Assembly (NCBI GenBank): GCA_000934665.2
Contig: JYFJ02000421.1
Location: 1 to 64,000 of the forward strand
Source of the DNA: Catajapyx aquilonaris
Taxonomy: Eukaryota
DNA length: 64,000 nt
Direction: 5' to 3'
The notes under the pieces are model-generated. The model searched no databases, was not told the DNA's origin, and was given only the letters and a program-made list of their open reading frames with translations. The translations under genes and the position numbers were made by a program. This document shows positions 37,001 to 51,800 of this stretch, in pieces. Every line of letters begins with the position of its first letter. Positions within the stretch are counted from its first letter, which is position 1.

Positions 37001-40000
37001 AATTGGCCAATCTGTTACCAAAGTGAAAAGGCGGCTGCCTGCCAAAAGGATGACAGCAGTGAAGCGAGACTTCCAGCATGTAAGCCGGTTGCAGTACAGT
37101 ATAGGCCTAACACTCCTAGTTATAGGAAGGGAATATAGGCCCCAAGGATATGATCGCACTGCATCTTTTATAGTAGTTCCATATTGGAAGTCATCCTATC
37201 AGGCAGCCGAAATTTCAGTTTCGTCTTCCTCTGATCCAAATGGGATCGAAAGTCGTACGGTATCACTGCTCGGGGGATGGGGTAGAGAGGGGTGGAAGGA
37301 GGAGGAAAGGAGAGGGGGAAAGGGGGGGAGCTTTTATAGGCTCCGTTGGCCCTCTGCCCCTATAAACTATCCTCTTCCCAAATATCATTTCATTTTCCCA
37401 TTCAATATGCCATAGCGGGGCCATTTGGGTCAATATAACGTGATGAATGGATTGTGTTATGGGAAAATCTTAGGAGCAGAGCAAATTATTTTGTGATAAG
37501 ATTGCTGGTTAGGAGATGCCGTTGCGGGTTTGCCAGCCAGCATGAATAACTTGAAATAGGCAAGTTGCAACCGGGGCCCGGTTACCAGCTGCGGAGGGCA
37601 ATAAGACGGGGGATCAAATGGCAGGCTGCGTCAGGCCGGAACGACCTCTTGTACCGCCCTCCGGAAACTTTCAATCGAGTTTCGGGGAATTGGTTTTTAA
37701 ATCCAAATTTGCTGGATGAGCGATGCGCAATTTTAAAAGGAATATGTATGCAGCTCACAGTCCCGATCTGGCGGAGGCAGGGATTACGTCGCCCTGCTAC
37801 TGCCTATATACTTCACATGTGCCTGCTCACTATATAAGCTTATGAATGCAGATGAAAGGGCCCTTTGGGCTCGATGGGGACTCTGCATCAAACTCTGGGA
37901 GCTCTAGCTAGCTGCCTGTGCTTTTGCCTTGCTTGCACCACCCTGGTCTGCTGATGCTTGTTCACCCATACAACTCCATGCATTTTGCATATTAACATAT
38001 ATTGTTTATGTACGGTTTTTTGGCATTAATGTACCAATAATTGGGGGGTGTTGGATCTCACTCGTGGGCAAAAAAAACACGAATGGCGTGATTATAGCGG
38101 AAACCACATCTCAGACATACAGAATGCAGCGCATGCAACAAAAGGTTGGCATCATTGCCTCGGCTTTGCTTAGGCGTCCGTGAAATAGCCCATTGTTAAT
38201 GCGTTCCGTCATCTGTAACGATGCAAGGGATGCACGTTTTGGCACTACTTTATGCGGCCAGTTACATTTTTCGGACATGTAGTGCCATTGTTTCGCGTCG
38301 TGTTTCCCTCCGCATCATGCATTCACAACAACAGATTTATACATGTAGCGTTGGCCCCCTTTTTCCCCGCGATTTTTCCTTGGGCTCCGGGAAGCGAACC
38401 GCATTATTATACATCCAACTAATGAGGTCAATTTATATTCAAATTCTTATTTACGTTGGCCTTCTGGCTCATTAATTTTACGTTTCTGCGACGTTGGCTT
38501 TACCCCTCCCCCCTCCGTCCCTGATGACCCTTCCCCATTTCCACACACAGTGGCACACTTCGCCGCACACCAACCCTCTGCTTATGCCGTACCGTCTGTA
38601 CTTGGTGACACCACCCTGCAACACACACCGACATTATATGAGGGAAATTCCAGAAAAGTCGTCTGTTGAATGGACCGCGTCAGTACCAGCATGTTGATTG
38701 TTTATTCCCCAGTTTGAAAATATGAAGGAGGCAAATGTCATCCAGATGAGATAATTTCATTCAGCGTCTCTACGATTGACGCGGCTATCTCCCTTTTCCT
38801 TCTAGAAATCAGACTTCTTCCGAGTTTTGGCCGCCTTGACCCAGTGGCTCAGAGGTCCGGAGGCTATCCTCACTGCTACGTCTCAAGCGTCTCTCCTATC
38901 GCAACAACAACGAAAAAAGGAAAAATGATTACTCCCTGCCGCTGAACTTGAACTGGATGTTGCATATAAACACAAGGTTACGCCATCTATCTCAGGACCT
39001 TGCTTCCAGTGCTATTCATTCAGCTTCTTGATGGAGGAAAAAAAAACTTTTATTATTGGCGTCATCCTGCGACTGGCATATCAGTGGCCATGAGAAGCCA
39101 TGTTTACCTCTATTTGTGTCCAACTACATGGGTAAGCCTGGCATCCTGCCTGCGTGTATGCGACGCTGGGAAATAACGTATCATTTATTAATTACCCCCG
39201 ATGTTTCTACAATCGGCTCTGCTTATGGCGTCCTCTGATTTAGTGGCCCGCACTAATGACAAGGGATTTGTCCAATTACAAGCAGCGGCTGCAGCAACTT
39301 TGGCCACACTACCGGGCTCTCTCAGTGTGGCCAAATGGAGTAAACAAAGCCATCAGAGAGCAAGTAGGTCCCAGTATTTTGGCCGCCCACGGAATTGGCT
39401 GCGACGTCCAAGTCCCACAAAATGTTTCATCATTCGTACAGGTAGCTGGTACCGCAGCAAAGTTGTTCGAGTGTTGCGCAAGTTGAAACATGGGCAAAGC
39501 CTTTCCTTCAAGCCGCGCTCCGGATTCCTTTCCTGTCCCCACAGGGCAATAAGTACAAGTTGGAAAGTAATTGCACTCCAGCCGACTCTAATTTCGGCGC
39601 GAAAAAAGACCTGGCTCAAGAAGCCACACTTTGTCTTGTCGGTCTTTGTCCCCCGAAAGTCTCCCCACGCCGCAGCTTCCCTACGCCCGGCCACCTCCTC
39701 CGCCTTTATCGGCTTCATTTAGCCCAGTTAATAAAACCCACCAAGATACAGTAGCAATTAATTTGGCCTTGTTAATGAGCCAGTTAGGCAATTCGGCGAC
39801 CTGGGGATGCGCCGTGAGTGGCGGAGTCTGCTGCAGTGTTATCAGACAGCGCCGAGTGGCATCATTTTATACCCCCCTTGGGAGCAGCGCGAATGCGGGC
39901 TTACATTCGTAATTGCTAATTTATGATTGCGATTTTGGCCTTTTCTGCCTTCCCCCCCACACCATACCAACCCACACCCTTCCAACCGCAACCCCTGTTC

Positions 40001-43000
40001 CCCTCCCTAGCTAGCAGCCTTCCCCCTCAGGCCCTTTGGAGATCCAGAGTACTCTGGGAGCAGTCGAAAAAGAAGAACCCCCATTGCCTCACTTGGTTAT
40101 CTGTTACTCTGATTAGGCCTACGTAACCACCACCGACCTTGTCGCCAGATGGCAACTCTTGACCGGTCCCTTTGTTTGTAAACTCACATGAGTAACGGAC
40201 AGCAGAGTACACTTTTGGCCAATGATATCCTGGTGCTACGAAGGTGCCGAAGAGTGATGAGGGCTGTGTAGCACTAGGATAGCAATGTCCGAAACTATAT
40301 GTTGCGTTGGCAGGAGTCGAATAAATGAGTCGGACTAATCCTGTGAGAATGGCAATAAAGTTAGGCCCTAGTTGGAAAGTCGGATACAATCTCATAAGGC
40401 AACAAATTTCCAAATCTGGCAATGAGCAAATTGGTCCCAGGAAGAGGCTCATCTTTCATTGGAAAAGATCTTGCGATTTTATCTGACAATCGCTTTAAGA
40501 ATTACTACGGTACATGCAGATTAGAACCTAATTACCGCTCCGATGAAAGTTGGCTATGCTCGAACAGGACTCAATCCATAGGCGGGTGGGGTGGGGGGTG
40601 GGGGTGGGGGTGAACTATAGTATGAAAATGGCGCATAATAATTTATAACGTGTGCGACAAATGGCGAGAGAAGTCCTTATCGTTTGAAACGACATTATAG
40701 AGTTTTATTTGTAGCTGTACGGCCTGTAATGGAGACACAAAGCGCGCTTGATGAAATGCCTGCGTCGAACTTAATTAGCAGGAATAATTTGATTACGGCG
40801 TGGGCCGGCCAGTGGTCCAAAACAAGCCGCGTCCTGCCCCCAGAAAGTCGACCTGTGACCTTTGGCCTAGGGATCTCCCCCTGAAAGTTCTTTCCCTGAC
40901 GCTTATCCGAAATGAACGAAGGCATGGAACCCGGGCGTTATTCCCTCTCGCTAGGATCATGCATTCTAAAAGCTCATCGCAAGAATTTACGAGCAACTGG
41001 TTTTATACTAATGGAACTAGTTTTTGCAATTACCCCTTTCGGCGGAACAAATGGTTACTTTATACGGATTAACTTGAAAATCATAACCCTTTTATGACTG
41101 GTAGTTATTTCAAACTCCCATGCCAGTAACATTAAACAGTAGCCGCAGTGTAAGCTAGCTTTATTTCCGAGTCAAAATTAATTTATTTTGTTCACGACCA
41201 TGTCATTAATTTGGGATAATATTGTAGACCGTGCAATCTCGCGCGCAACTTGCACGGACAAGGGCGGGAGTGAAAAGCCCCACGAATTTGCATCACAATG
41301 CACTCTACACACTCGTTTGCGTTACGAGAAAATGACGCAGTTGATGTTAAAAGCCGCCTCTAATGGCCACCGGTACGTGTGCTTGCCCGGTATCGCACCA
41401 AATTCCCTAATCCCAATCGGGAAAGAAGCGTCGATAGACCACCAGGCCTGGCATACAACACACGATGCTACTCCCGGATTGTATTTTACTTATTCATTTT
41501 ATCCGGACCATAACCACACCCAGGGGCTCACGTTTACACTACTTTCACTGCTACCACCCCCCTCCCCCCAACACTCTAAAAAAAAGTGGCTGCCATTTTA
41601 ATCCGCCATTAAGTAGATCCGATTGGATTTTCCATCAAGGGAATTTAATGTGACATTCGCACCCTGTCAAACCGAGGGTATTGAGCATGCAACTTTGCCG
41701 CCCGTTTGTGAGCGGCGCTGCACAATTAAACCATCACCCGTGATTTTTATGCCCCGACCATTAAGATTTTACACTTGGGCCTAATATGCCGATGAGCACT
41801 AATCAGAGGCCGGTCGGACCGATACCGACCGGCGTAAACTTTGACTAACTAAAGTGATACTGACCAAATGATTTTTGCACGTAGCAGTCTACCTACATTG
41901 CAGATGGTCCTAAAGGTTGTTCCTAGTGAGTGACATTAACGACACAACAAAGTCAATGGCTTTCCTTAATGGCTCCTAAACCCTACTTTTAGTATGCATC
42001 GGGGCCACGTAACATCTGCATGCGAAAGTGCAGCGAACTCACGTATTTCGCAATAGAGTTAACAATGGGTGTCCTGCTACACCTGCAACCCACATGCCAG
42101 GCCTGCTGTGCCTGGTAGCCTGAGGGGCAGGATCATATGGTGTACCGTGTTGCATTATATGCTGTAGGTGTGGGCAAGTGAATCCAGGCGACGCTTCCAT
42201 TCCCTGATGCTGCTGAAGCACGACGGTAAATGCAGTTCCAGTAGCTGAAACCCAGTGGTGCACTCGGGAAATAGGGCATTTACAGGCAGGAAAACCGCCA
42301 ACGTGGAAAAAGGATTGGCTTCATCTGATACACTGGATGGTAACAAATTTTACCGCCGCTTACTTAATTACTTTTGGGTCGGTGTAAATCAGAAATTGTG
42401 CACTTCCGACAACAATTCGTGGGGGTAACAGTGGGTGGGTAGTTTCGGAGGTGGATAAAAAAAATAATCGGCGACTTTTTTGGGTAGTGCTGGCTGGTGT
42501 GGGGGCTTCATCGAGGCATGAAATATATGTGCGTTCAGAAGCCGATACACTAGCGTGTGAGCAAGACAAGTAAAATCCTTTTTGACGCCTCGTTAACTCA
42601 CAACAATGCACCAGTGCTGTAGCATGTACTGTGCGATAATACCACTAAGCAGTGAAGTGCTGGACTTTTTGTTGCACACGTCCTCGCCTTGGATTGACTC
42701 ATACACTGCATACTGCATATTGTCGCACTATAATAAAGTATTGCTTTTACATGATGTCTGATGTTTTGCAACCGACACGATGTGTCCAACCATGAATTAG
42801 GTCTCAATGGCCTACGGTCTGGAAGGTCACTTTCTTTTGTATTGGTAACATTCACAAAATATTGTAAGGCCACTTGTTAAAATTGAAAACATTGGGGCCC
42901 GTATAATAACAATGACCCACGCACATTCTTTCAATAGCATGTCAAATACACACGTGCATGTAAAAATACGCATTACAAAACTACAGTTAAAATCAAAGAG

Positions 43001-45017
43001 TAATATTGTGTTTTTCATGATAAGGAATTAATACAAATTGTTTCTAAGTGCCTGCAGTGGTTAATTTGCACCTGGCACTCAACAGTTGTTTATTGTTGAT
43101 TATTCATCTCTCAGAATTATTTGTAAAAAAACACTAGCCATTGGTTGCATAAAGCATATACTCAAAAGATGCTGTTATCAGGGTAGATTTATTATTTATT
43201 ATGAACGTTATGAATTCAAAATATTAATGATATCTATCAAATTATAAAATACAGCTTGACGCCACACTTCATGCAACCTTCAGGCAAACGCAGACCTATC
43301 ACACATCTACTGTGTCACCACTGCCTTTTCACAACCGTGCCTTATAGACACATATCCAACTTCCCCAGCATAGTTCCTGACCCACTGCTGGTTTATCAAA
43401 TTTTCGTTGACACACTTACATTGTATAAATAGGGACCTTACAACTATTTCTTCTGATTTTGTACTCCGCGGCTAAAACGCTGCAACATTGCATTATAAAA
43501 CTGGTTCCTTTTGTATGCACTGTAATGGGCTTCTACCCCTTAACAGAATCAATGCTTAGCCTATATGATATTAAATGCAAGGCCTCAATCACAACGCCAG
43601 TGTATTATCCACAAAATGAATACACTGTGCTCTGGAAAGTGCGAGTCAAGGCAAAACTCTGGACCTAACATGGCAAAAACTTCACCAAAATAATACGCTG
43701 GTATACCTCATATAACCCCATCATATAGCGGATATCTGTATGCTTTTTTGATTATTTACGGTGCAGATTGTGTTCCGAGTATTTCTTTGTAATGAGCCTT
43801 CCTGTCGCTCACGACGGTAAATGTCACAGTATAAGAATATGTTATCCGAATACGAAAATCCAGTGAGAAAAAGCTTCATGCTTCTTCTGGTATCCTGAAT
43901 GGCGTCGTAAGGAGGAAAAAACACAATAAGAAAAACATTAGATGGTTCTGGAACGAGGTGCTGTACAAATTCATGTGATAGTAAAAAAAGGACGCACTAT
44001 ATTCTACGAGGCGTATTCTTACTCGTTTACTATCAGATAGCATATTCTTGCATTTTTGGAGGGGCTGGCCGTCACCTTGGAATAATGACCATAGCATGAG
44101 ACTAAGGACGAAATAATTATTATATTTCCTGGATGAGAAATAAACTAGGAAAGATTCCCTGGCACGTGCGCTCTTTTTTGTTATAAACTTTATGCCTTCA
44201 TTGCTTTTATAAATTAATACCAGGTGGCCCCTGAGGCAAAAGTCCGCGCCCATTTAATGAGCAGAAAGTAAATAAAAAATTAAGACACCATGTCATGCAA
44301 AAATGTGTGCATGGACTGAATTCGTTATTAATACTCGTATGTGATTAAATTTTGTCTAATTAGGGCATACGTAATTTGGTGTGGACCACCTGCTATGCCG
44401 ATAAGTTTGAAAATATATAATTATTTCAAAATAACAATGTACACTGTTGAATTGTTAATTTTGGAAAGAAAGTAACTCTCCGTATCACGGTATCACTAAT
44501 GATCACGTTATTGTTGTATGCATTAATTACCTTAAATATAAAGTTCGTATGTAAATATTACATGCACTGTACGATACCTTTATAAAATTATAAACAACAA
44601 TTATTTGGTTTATCCCTCCCTGATCCAACACCCTGTACCTGATATAGAATACGCGATGGCATGCAGTGAGAAAATCCTACTGTTCAAAATACGACCGATG
44701 CAGGTGAAAACATCTGACTCAGTGCTTTCAGCATAGACGTAGGCGTATATAGACTGGTTGCTTTCACGCCACACCCATGGAATACACCCTGAAGCTAAGG
44801 AACAGAAGTGGTAACTACATTTACCGTTGTGTACAAACGTGAGAAAAAAGGAGGCCGAGAAACTTCCCAAAAGCCAGTGGCACACTTTATCTGGATAAAA
44901 TGTGGACAAATCCACGTGATATATTCTTTTCAAAGGAAAAGCACCAGTTTTGATCGATCATTTTGCGAAATGACTTTTTGTGGCCCTTACCTATAGGTAC
45001 CTATAGGCTATTTGCTA

Positions 45018-45610
45018 CTCACAAGGGAAGTGTAAGTGTTGTCAGTGGAGTTTCTGAGTGCAACTTGGCACAATAATATAAGCAGGTAAGTTATTAAAGA
45101 AAATGCAAACAATTTAGGCGGATGCCCACAAGGTCAAAAGTTATGACCTCTTGAACTCACAAGGGACACTTTCTCACCGATTTTCTTGAAATTAGGTACA
45201 TTGGTAGGCCACCCCAAGGGAAGAAAAACGCACCTAAAGTGACCTGCTCAAAATGACCCGGTTACCCCCTTTTTGGGAGCTATCAATGCACCAAATTTCA
45301 AGAAAATGGGTGAGTTTTCGGCATTTGAGACTTGACCTCTGCCCCCCCAAAAGGGGTCACCAGGTCATTTTGAGCAGGTCACTTTAGGCGCGTTTTTCAT
45401 CCCTTGGGGTGGCCTACCAATGTACTGAATTTCAAGAAAATCGGGGAGACCTTGGAAAGTGTCCCTTGTGAGTTCGAGAGGTCATAACTTTTGACCTTGT
45501 GGGTATCCGCCTAAATTGTTTGCATTTTCTTTAATAACTTACCTGCCTATATTATTGTGCCAAGTTGCATTCAGAAACTCCACTGACAACACTTACACTT
45601 CCCTTGTCAG
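45018..45610. mobile_element. Foldback element / long-TIR non-autonomous DNA transposon
   Basis: Arms 45021-45277 and 45346-45607 are reverse complements. By eye there are about 11 substitutions, one 7-bp indel and two 1-bp homopolymer differences over about 255 bp, with a spacer of about 68 bp. No coding capacity and no clear TSD. Confidence 0.9.
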
Positions 45611-45648
45611 ATGGAACATTGCAATAATTGTTCTAGTGCCTTGGCCTC

Positions 45649-45898
45649 CAGGGTGCGTTCTGTATAAGTTACAAGTTGGTAACTATACAGGATAGTGCAC
45701 TGCCTAAGTTGATAGCTCCAACAATCGGGCTTGGTAAAGCATACTGTGGATGCCTAGATCAAGTCGCGCATACGCATTCCCACCACTGGTAGATCCCGAC
45801 ATGCACGCATGCGCGATTGGTCGTCTATCACGTTTACCCAACACCATTGTTGAAGATGTCAACATAGGCAAGTTACCATCCTTACAATGAGCATCCTG
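45649..45898. mobile_element. Degenerate MITE next to the foldback element
   Basis: Left CAGGGTGCGTTCTGTATAAG...GTTGGTAACT versus right AGTTACCATCCTTACAATGAGCATCCTG; an imperfect inverted match only. Confidence 0.3.
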
Positions 45899-48800
45899 AC
45901 TTCAACTATCAAGGGCACGGATATCAGTTATTACCACAACATTATACGTGCAATAATCAATCACGTGAAAGTGAAACCTGGTGTCCAATGAGCACACAAG
46001 AGTGAGAATAAGGAAAAAAGTGTGTTTCGGGGGACTACCACCGGGAAAATCCTCCACCTAAACGCCTCCAGAGTCATTTCGATGCACCCCCTGGAAAAGT
46101 TTTCCCTCCCGGTGGAGGAAGGATTAAGCCCCTGTATACTGCAGAAGGTATAAACTTATACCGTAGGCTATATATACCTTGTATAGGTATGGGGAGAGAG
46201 GGAGGGAATTGTAATTAAAGTCCCGCAGTTCCATCCTAGTCCCTTCATTGTATTCTTGAGACAGCCTCGGAGGAGAGGCCTAACCTATTATGCCGGCCGT
46301 AATGAACTGTACCGCTCTCTAACTTGGCCTCAAAATGTCGTCTTCTCACTTTTCCCAACACCTGCAACACTGATCCCGTGCAAGATCGCGGCCGCCTCTA
46401 TTGCTGTTTAAAAGTAAAGACGGGTAATAAAAGGGTGTGTTAAAGCTTTATCTAATCCACTTTATGTGCGACATTAATGCGAAAACACAGCATGTTAAGG
46501 ACCATAAAAGGGGACTGTTACAGGAACTTGAGCAGTCGGGAATCAAGACGGCCTTTCCTCCGAGTTAGAGATTTTAATGGGGCTAATTAGACATTGTGGG
46601 GGTTACTCCAACAAGAATGCGTCACTAATGATAAGTACGGGAGATAAAGCGAGCGTCTGTATTTAAAATGATAAATGGAAGTGCCTGCCTTTATGCGTCT
46701 TATGGCAAAGCTGGAGACGAGAGCAAAAAGCTCTATTACCAGGGCTTTAACGCGGCCAGTATTAAGCGAGACCGGCTGCGATATACCTTCTTGGGAACAA
46801 TGCAAATGGCTCTCCTCCCAACACTCGCCAGATTCAACAAAGTCGTCTAAAACCGTTAAGGCTACAGCGCGATATCATAGCCGGGGAATACCCGCTTTTC
46901 CTGGCGCCAAACTCCATCTTTGTATTGTGCCAATCGGGATGGAGCACTAAACGCCCACATTGTTGCAGCATGTGCGACAAAGAAGGTGCAAAGGAGCTGC
47001 AGATAAGAAAGCTGGTGAAAAGGGACAAGTGCGGTGTTTCAAGCATATCGACTGTGTAACAACGTTTATGACCTGAATTGAACATTTATCATTTTTTCCA
47101 ACGTCTATTTAAGGCACTGGCTACACCCTGACGTCACATACCAAAAATGGCTTCCCAAGATGGCATATTTGACCAAGCCATTCCACCTGCCAGAAGTGTA
47201 ACCCAAAGCTCGCCACGTTCTTTCAACCTCTCTCAAAAATGGATAAAAACGAGGCTTTTTCTGGGGACCGGAGCAATCTTGGTCGGTCTTCTCCTATATC
47301 CCCGAGTCTATCGGCTTGCTGGCTGGCTGCCTGGCATCTGAGGAAGGGCAGCAAATCAAGGCCGCTTCCAGCTGCAAGCTCCGGTCCGCATGTAAAAGAT
47401 GCTCCATCCATCATCAATGTTCTCACGATTCGACGACCCTATATTGAAAGCAATCCCTTTTGACGCCGAAATCAGGAAATGGAGCGCTGCCTCGTGTATT
47501 GTCACACCTAATGGAATAGCAGGCTGATGGTCCCGGGAATAAATCATAGCTGACATCTTAATTTGAACGTCCCCGAAGCAGGCTTCGTGCCGACGGTGCT
47601 CGGGGCCACCAAGCACACGACCTGTAGGATATAGCTAGATATGAGGATGCCTCGTTGTGTGGTTGGCTATACAACCATCATGCAGTTGTCGTCATATTCC
47701 CCAAAAAATCAGTTCCAAACAGCTGAAATCTGCGCACGATCGCTTCCATCCAATGTATACCGTTATCGTAACAAATCTTGCTATAATTTATAATATAAAA
47801 ATACACTTTGCTTTTTTAAAAACTCTATTATTTTGGTAGTCTCTACCACCCACATGAAGCGAAATCGGACTCGAGCCTGAAAGTGCTGCTATCTGATCCT
47901 GACGCCCTTCACGTCGTCGGATGGGCCAGACGTCATCCAGGAGAATGGACCCATCTTTTGATAGATGGTACCCCCTTCCCTATTGTTAGCTGGTGTTGTC
48001 AGCCCCCGTCCTGTTTGACTAACCGATTGTCCGATGAAAGCCTATCTGATGGGGATTCAATAGGAGGTCTGGGCTCCAAGTTTGGAGTGCACTTGGGAGG
48101 GAGAGGGGGGTAGGGAGTTGGGGGAAGGAAGGGAGACCCCCCCACCAGCTTCCACTTTGTCCATTGGCAGACAGACATATTATATAGCATAGAGTCGGGA
48201 GAGCCCGTCTCGATTGCTTTTAAGTTGGGCTTCTCGTCAGCCAACCTGCCCCTTGTTGACAGGAGCCATAGATGGACTTCCGTCCCTTTCCCACAGAGGA
48301 GCCAATCGACACTGCTTGCTTACAGGACTATAGGCACTCATATCCCCTTTCTTTACTTCTCTGATCAACGACGAGAGTGGAGACCAAAATATGATGGAAA
48401 ATGTGACATGGTACTCCACACCGTTATTGGTCTATACTCTACACTATAGTATAGATAGGCTACCATTATCTGCAAGGCTAGGTGTGCATAGGCTTACACG
48501 GTGATTTTTTTAAAAAAATAAAGGAAACAAAAATCACTGCCCGCTAGTTGTTACATAGACACAAAATAATGTATAACCATAATAATCATGCCCAGGATAT
48601 TTCCTGAAATGATTTATAATATCATAGCATAGAGCTACATACTTTTGCAGTGTGATACATCATCTGCAACATAATAACATTATATTTGCAATGAGCATAA
48701 AATATTTTAAAAACACCTATACATAATTTTGCGAATGTTTTTCAATTTCTGCAGAACTTAGTTTTATATTATATTCTCCTCCACCGTCATGGACAAAAAG

Positions 48801-51800
48801 TAAGCTCCTATAGACGCAAAAATTTTGTGGCAATGTATAAATCAAAATATTGCTTTTTATAATGGCGCATGATACACGTCACATTATATTGGGTACATGT
48901 CAAATTAGTTTTATTACACACTGCGACGAGTTTACTTTCACAATTCTTGCCATATGCATCCTTTTCCAAGAAAATTGCCATAGCCATAATTATTTTCCTG
49001 GACACGAAAGGTTGAACCCTCTGCTTCTGTCATATTTTCATGCATTTATTCATTGGTACATTTCCTTTTCACCAGCGGATTCCCACTCCCCTTTATATTA
49101 TCGTACCCCATATGGAGGGAAAATCCCCCCTCTTGTTTTCAGGCAACCTCAATGGAGAGCACGACCCTTGAAACCTATTCTGTAGTATCATCTGGAAAAT
49201 AATTTTCCAGGGCTCGACTCCTCCTGCACCTACTTTGGTCCTTTTACATTATTCTCCAGACAGCTACAACCGGATATAGACGGCGACTTTGCTTAAAAAG
49301 AAGTTTGCTCTGAAATTTCTCGTCTCAGGAAGCAAGATTACGGGAAATTTCCTTAAAGTGTGCCCCGAGGAATGACGATGACGCCAGAGTCACTGCCAGC
49401 ACAGATGAAAGGATTAACAAGGTCTCTACTTCCACTTCCCTCCTCAAACTTGTCCCCAACTCGACATTACAGCTCCATTACCCCGTGTCTTTTTATTCAA
49501 TTCACAATGCCCAAGTAAATAATGTAGCGCCTCGAGGGAAGAAAAATCGACTCCCGGTGTAATACAGAGTGCAAAAAAAGTGCCGAGTAGGAGATGAAAA
49601 TGCATAGATAGTATCTCCTTAGTGAACTCAGGCTGTGGCACTGCGATAGTAAATCCACGCTCACCTTAGGGGTACCTAGAGACAACCATCAAATCAGACA
49701 GAATTTGCTATACGCCTCTTTATTGTTGTTCCTACCCTTACCATCTCATGAGAATAATAAGAACGCGAAGAGATGCCATGACCCTGCTATGGGCACAAAC
49801 ATGAGTGTGGACATGCTCAGTGCGTCGCCAATTTAAACATTTGCGCATGCGCTGTAAAATATCGGATGGTTTTAAGTTAAATATGAGAATAAGCTGCTCC
49901 ACTGTCATTAAAATTATTGGTCTTTGCCTGAACGATTTTAACTCAAATGAGTTCTATTCACCCCAGAATGAGTGATTTTCACTCGTTTTCTTCCCACAAC
50001 TACTATTTCAGTTGAAATTTTTCATCAAATATTTGAATGTTCCTTTCCATATACCGAAAGCTGGTAAAGAACCAGCATATGCCGAGAGAACCACATTCTG
50101 CAAGCGTATACTATATTTCAAGGCTGTTTTGGATAAGGTGGCGGAGGTGCATGACCCATCCTCGCAGCTGGGGTCAATCTCTTTCCTGCCACGAAAGTTT
50201 CAATTTCACCACAAACGATATATAATTGCACGGCAGAAGGGCAGGGGAGCAGTAAAAGGCGCAAAATGGTGAATCCCTGTTAGATACGCGCAGGATTATA
50301 ATTAGGGAAGAAGCTGGTGCGCTGATTACTAGGAGAGCAGGAAAGAGGAGGCGGGACCCCCATTTCAATTGGGTTGTCTATTTTCTGGGCGGAATCGTCT
50401 ATAACCGGCTGCACGCGCTTCCCTCCTCCACAGTAAAGGTTCACGGCAGGCAAACTGCAGCTTCTGCCACCCCCTACCCCCCCCCCCCCTACTTCCATTA
50501 ATTAACATGTCCAATTCCCTAAAGCAACGTCAAGGTTGAAATTCCACATTATGTCTCGTCAGTATGCGCCTACGACGCAATTTGAGTTTGATTGACGCTG
50601 CCCATTATTAGGTCACAGATATCGCCTCTTGCCTTAGACTCAGGGTCTAATATTAAACTTCAATTTGAGAGAAGGCTCCTCCCAATTTCAGCTTTTTATA
50701 GAATTTGTTGTTCCTGATTGGGTAGGGCGTATACACACGAGCAATATGCCTGTACTGCACCTTACATAAAGTGACGTGGTGAACATGAGTTTATCAAGTA
50801 GAAGTTTGAATCCTATATAACACTGTCTGAAGCAAAGATGCAGAATTTACCTAAAATTTGACAATTTATAGCTTCTTCAAATAACTTACAAATTTACCTA
50901 AAAATACCTTTAGGTTTCAGAAATTCGCTTCATAGGTTTATTCCTATGGCACTGCATCATAGACCCCCAGGTCCATTCTACAGTATACACGCACGCAAAG
51001 AACACATTTAGTTACACATATCACAATGGAGCTGAGTCGTTTCAAAGGCAACACAGAAGCAGAGGGTAGAAAGCAATATACTCTCATCACAGCTGACATC
51101 CTCCACCCTCCTCCCAACATGACATCTACGTACAGTATGTAATCATCTATCAGGTACATGTTGTGTTAAAGATACGCCATAGTAAAAAAGAATATTACAC
51201 AAAAGTTCTTTATAGAAAGAGTCACTTCTTTGTAGCATTTGACATATTTTCCTGAATCGTATGTCTATAACGCCAGGAAATACAACTACTGCGGTCAGCA
51301 GAAATCAGGCAACACCGCAAACAATGCCCATCCAATTCCACCCGACCATCCTTACAAGCGATATTGGCTTTTCCAAAGCGCTCCAGATGATATTGTGACA
51401 GAAAGCCATGCAGCTTAGGCACCACTACATCTACAGCCCTCTGGAGACCAATACAACCGTTCCGCTGCCTAATCATATTGGCACCACTTCTGTCCACTTT
51501 TCTCCCTATCCACCTACCCTATCCTATGCAAAAATTCACGCCAAACGTCACCCCCCCCCCCCACTCCCAGGATGACTAAAACAACTCCTGAAAAAAACAA
51601 CCCTGCGATGACAGTTGGTGTCCGTCACGCCCTGTGAGAGCTACTGGGAAATCTATCAGCATTTTATGCAAACAACGAAGCAGCTCCATCCGTTCCGGAG
51701 CATTACTAGCCTTAGGAGAGACCCGGGCATTCATTTCCGACCGTTCAAAGACGATTTTCCGGTTAATTTGCCAACGGAACCCCTCCTCCGGGGAGCTCGT

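Noticed and set aside
39201..39722. 173-aa plus-strand ORF as a second gene
   Set aside because: No recognisable similarity; overlaps several equally long ORFs in a motif-rich non-coding block.
40581..40611. G-rich runs (also near 24386, 29314, 61891, 62868, 63732) as functional G-quadruplexes
   Set aside because: Simple G/C homopolymer tracts are common throughout the window. Several contain N bases, so their length is uncertain, and no positional argument supports function.
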